From: an uncultured Chlamydiae bacterium
GTDB lineage: Bacteria; Chlamydiota; Chlamydiia; Chlamydiales; Parachlamydiaceae
NCBI GenBank assembly: GCA_963754655.1
Contig: CAVWGN010000001.1
Coordinates: 160,001 to 224,000 of the forward strand
Direction of reading: 5' to 3'
DNA length: 64,000 nucleotides
Shown here: positions 60,781 through 64,000 of the stretch, piece by piece
Position numbering within the stretch: position 1 is the stretch's first letter
Layout of the letters: the number at the start of each line of letters is the position of its first letter
Made by a program: the position numbers and the translations under genes
The notes under the pieces: model-generated
Told to the model about the DNA's origin: nothing
What the model saw: only the letters and a program-made list of their open reading frames with translations
Database searches by the model: none

Positions 60781-61686
60781 TCAAAACTCATGCATATGTG
60801 CTAGCTTATTCTCTAAAATCGACATGATTTGATCTCGATAAAGAGGATAATTTGTAAGAAGCCATAGATCCACTTTATGAGCCATGATTGCCATTCTTTC
60901 CCTTTGAAGCTGAGATTGGCAAATTTTTTTATCAAACGTCATTTTGCCAACATCAAAATGAATCGGTTCATTGTCAATAAATCCATTGTTGCGGATGAGG
61001 CCGACACCTAAGTCATAAAGACCTTTTTGATAATGCGCCGCATACAGATCAAAGACTTGGCTCAGCCTTTGGGCTGCTAAAGCCACCTCTTGATTTTTTA
61101 ATAATTTGTGTAGCACATCTGCTAATTCTTGGACTTTGAGTTGAATGACAAAGCGTGTGCGATTGAGATTAATGACATGTGGATTTTCTTGCTTATCAAG
61201 TAAAGTAGCTTCAGGAAGTTGATGGAAAGAGGGATTAAGATGAATGTAAAGTAAGCCTGTTCCTTGACGATCATAGTCATAAGCAACTTTATATCCATTC
61301 AACACGGTATCAAGAGACACCTTTTGCATTTTGCGCTTCCGATAGTTTTCAAAGGGGAAGAGAGCAGGAAGATAACGGAGTGACCAATGGGGTTGATGAT
61401 AGCGGTATTTGAAAAATTTTAAGACATATAAACCATCTTCACTTAAAAATGAGATAAGGCGCGCGCCTTTACCTAGATAGGTAAATTTTTGTGAAAGAAT
61501 AATGGTATTCAAATGCTCTTGGTTTTTTTTATTTAAAGGCTGGATTTCCCATTCTTCACGATAAGGAAAATCAAATTGAATCATTTGAAGGTTAAATCTT
61601 TCTTTGTGTGGTTTATTCCATTTAAAAATCTGAAATCCTAAACCAATCAGTAAGGCAATCAATAGGACTCTTAATTTCAATTTCAT
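60781..61686 (-). CDS. Hypothetical membrane-anchored protein, possibly kinase-like fold
   Basis: N-terminal TM; YLGKG...VLKFFK, NNGF and HFDVG resemble degenerate kinase motifs. Confidence 0.55.
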   Translation of the reverse strand: MKLKLRVLLIALLIGLGFQIFKWNKPHKERFNLQMIQFDFPYREEWEIQPLNKKNQEHLNTIILSQKFTYLGKGARLISFLSEDGLYVLKFFKYRYHQPHWSLRYLPALFPFENYRKRKMQKVSLDTVLNGYKVAYDYDRQGTGLLYIHLNPSFHQLPEATLLDKQENPHVINLNRTRFVIQLKVQELADVLHKLLKNQEVALAAQRLSQVFDLYAAHYQKGLYDLGVGLIRNNGFIDNEPIHFDVGKMTFDKKICQSQLQRERMAIMAHKVDLWLLTNYPLYRDQIMSILENKLAHMHEF

Positions 61687-61696
61687 AACCTTTGGA

Positions 61697-63016
61697 TCAT
61701 CCTGATTTTGTGTGAGCGATTTCGAGCCGCTTTGCTGCCGAGGTCAAACGCTCTATTCTGGAAGCATAGCTGCTACGATTGTGAATGATTAAAGGAGAGG
61801 CAAGAAGTACAGCTGCGATGTCTTCTTTTCCTAATAGTCTTTTGTGTAGAAGCCACAAAACCATGAGTGATGGACCGCGGTCCATTCCTTGTCGGCAAGT
61901 GATATTCATAGAGGGGGGATTCCACTTATCAACGAGATGATCTAAAATCAAAAGGTAAGTAATTTCAATGAAATCTTGTCGCTCTTTTCGATTAAGATGT
62001 TCTTGATGATGAAAGATCGAAGCATGAACTTGATGAATCATTTTTTTTAATTCCTCTTTCCAAATAGAAGCATCTAAATATTTAGACCAAAAATAATTGC
62101 CTTTAGATGAGCACATGTTATCTAAGAAAATTTGTTTGAAATCTTTACTTTCAATTTCCTCAGGATACTCCGGATTTCTTTGCCAATAAAAGGAAGAGTT
62201 TTTATCTAGCGTAATCACATAGAAATGATCATTCTTATTTTCTAACGTTTCCAATGCATGTGTGAGTGGACCTTCTACCCCTTTGCGCTTCATCAAATTG
62301 ACATAAAAATGATGCGGGTGTTTATTGAGAAATAATAAAAACTCCGGTGAAATTTGAGGAGACAAACACCACCATAGAAGGCGAAAATTTTGACAAACGG
62401 GTTGACCGAGGCGGATGAGCTTTGTCTGATTGTTGAGAAGGGCAACAAAAGAGGGCAAATTTCCTTGCAAAAACTGATCTTCGTAAAAAGCTTGTTGTTT
62501 TATGCCATTAAATTGCTGACGAGCATGTAATCTCTTTTGTATTTCCTGAAGATAAATCAAAACATCTTCTTTGGGAGGATTCACATAGCGATAAAGGAAA
62601 TCTTGCATTTGTGGTTTAAGGTCTACTTCTAAAAAGAGCCAGTGAATCATCTCTTCAAAAAATTTCCTATGTTCTTGTTCCTCCTGATTCAAGTTCTGCG
62701 AAAGCACACTAAGCTCACGGATCTTTTTAATCAAAGCCTCATGACTTGCACGCTGTTCTTGGGGCGTGCCTGGCTGCTTGTCTATTTCATCTAAGAGGGC
62801 TTTAACTTTTTTCTGATAAACTGTTAGAGGCAGTATTTTGACTGTCTCATAAGCGGGATGATTTGCAACCCATTGTTTCAGCTTAAACCGATAGTGCGAA
62901 TAAATAGGAGAGTCAAAAACATTTTTTCCCTCTTCAATAGGAGGAAATATTTTGAAGGTCAGCCATCCTGCAATCATGGCTGTACATAAAACAATCATAG
63001 TCGCTAATTTTTTCAT
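61697..63016 (-). CDS. Hypothetical protein with CX5R phosphatase-like motif
   Basis: N-terminal TM or signal; NITCRQGMDRG near the C-terminus. Confidence 0.6.
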   Translation of the reverse strand: MKKLATMIVLCTAMIAGWLTFKIFPPIEEGKNVFDSPIYSHYRFKLKQWVANHPAYETVKILPLTVYQKKVKALLDEIDKQPGTPQEQRASHEALIKKIRELSVLSQNLNQEEQEHRKFFEEMIHWLFLEVDLKPQMQDFLYRYVNPPKEDVLIYLQEIQKRLHARQQFNGIKQQAFYEDQFLQGNLPSFVALLNNQTKLIRLGQPVCQNFRLLWWCLSPQISPEFLLFLNKHPHHFYVNLMKRKGVEGPLTHALETLENKNDHFYVITLDKNSSFYWQRNPEYPEEIESKDFKQIFLDNMCSSKGNYFWSKYLDASIWKEELKKMIHQVHASIFHHQEHLNRKERQDFIEITYLLILDHLVDKWNPPSMNITCRQGMDRGPSLMVLWLLHKRLLGKEDIAAVLLASPLIIHNRSSYASRIERLTSAAKRLEIAHTKSG

Positions 63017-63078
63017 AACATTTTATCATTCAAGCGTTTATGTTCAGAGATTTTCCTAAAGATGGATGTCTTTCCTTT

Positions 63079-64000
63079 TTAATCGATGAAAACCCCATTT
63101 TCAAATTGGCCGACTTTTACAGTACCATCAGAATAAGTCGCTTGTCCTTTTCCATGTAATTTGCCATTTTTGAATTCACCCTCATAAACCCAATCTGTAA
63201 AACTCCTTTTTCCTTTTCCTGTCCAGATTTCATCATTTTTGAATTTTCCTTCTTGGACATTTCCCCCTACATCGATTTTCTTTCCTTTAATCAATTGACC
63301 ATTTTGAAATTCCCCTTCTTCTTCTTCTCCGGTTGCCCAAGTTCTTTTCCCAGGGCCATCCAATTGACTCGCCACAAATGAGCCTTCTTCTCTTGTGCCA
63401 TCAGGCAGAATTTGGCTTCCACTTCGTAAAAAACCTCTTACAAATAGCCCTTCTTTTCTTATGATTTTTTTGAGGGAACGATGGACCTCTTCCTTGCCTT
63501 TTCCATCCAATCCTCCATACTCTAGATCGAATTCGCCTTCTTCTATCCTAAAAGAGGCTGTTCTTTTGCCTTTTAATAACTTGCCATTTACGAATAGCCC
63601 TTCTTCAACACCACCACGGGGTAAAGTCTTCGTTCCGTTTCCATTGAGCTGGCCGTTTCTAAATTCCCCTTTTTCTTCAGTTCCATTGGGTAAAGTTTTC
63701 TTTCCATGACCATGTAATCTGCCATGTGTAAATTCCCCTTCTGCAACGGTTCCATCGAGAAAAGTAATTTTAATCGGTTCATCTAATTGAGAATCGTCGA
63801 GATCTATCGGTTTAACTAATTGAGAATCGTCGACATCTTCTGATTTGTCTTTCTTAAAGAAAAAGTAACCAATATAGCAACCTGCTAGGAAAGCAAAAGC
63901 AATAGAAGCAAAAGCGATAGAAGCAATCAAGCAAATTCTTTTTTGTTGATTTGTTAATTCAGGAATGAATTTATTTTTTAATAAAGGCGTAACATGATTT
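63079..64000 (-). CDS. MORN-repeat protein with N-terminal TM (5' end beyond the window)
   Basis: Repeated EGEFxxGxLxGxGK; the frame stays open from 63930 to the window edge. Confidence 0.85.
   Translation of the reverse strand, partial: NHVTPLLKNKFIPELTNQQKRICLIASIAFASIAFAFLAGCYIGYFFFKKDKSEDVDDSQLVKPIDLDDSQLDEPIKITFLDGTVAEGEFTHGRLHGHGKKTLPNGTEEKGEFRNGQLNGNGTKTLPRGGVEEGLFVNGKLLKGKRTASFRIEEGEFDLEYGGLDGKGKEEVHRSLKKIIRKEGLFVRGFLRSGSQILPDGTREEGSFVASQLDGPGKRTWATGEEEEGEFQNGQLIKGKKIDVGGNVQEGKFKNDEIWTGKGKRSFTDWVYEGEFKNGKLHGKGQATYSDGTVKVGQFENGVFID

Noticed and set aside
1374..63782. Many 60-145 aa ORFs overlapping longer genes
   Set aside because: They are alternate-frame or antisense ORFs within well-supported CDSs, with no motifs.

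Overview
AT-rich bacterial chromosome segment from an environmental chlamydia (Parachlamydiaceae/Protochlamydia-like). The assignment rests on chlamydial gene order: dusB-yggT-three conserved ORFs-ygfA-recA, ispA-glmU-like, CT583-like-parA-thrS, tatAC and a CT623-like beta-barrel. Five things stand out against this backbone. (1) A ~10.6 kb tyrosine-integrase element sits in tRNA-Pro(GGG) at 23841-34500. It has phage-satellite architecture (int, frameshifted alpA, AAA replication helicase, iterons, DUF5681/terS-like gene). Its cargo is an AlbA/Schlafen-domain protein and a LuxR-GNAT-AidH-like lactonase cassette. (2) Two related DnaA-box/GAA-triplet modules (19.6 kb and 35.1 kb) look like a duplicated or bipartite oriC. 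(3) A family of long intergenic palindromes is built from sequence-divergent but structurally conserved three-hairpin REP-like units. One still holds IS200-type tnpA remnants, one is nested, and one cluster is a chain of palindromes joined through shared CCGG/CTAG tetranucleotides. (4) A decayed tnpB lies beside the origin-like region. (5) There are many eukaryote-like candidate effectors: sphingosine-1-phosphate lyase, F-box, F-box/LRR, J-domain, Sel1, MORN and CX5R phosphatase. All assignments come from reading motifs by eye; no searches were run.
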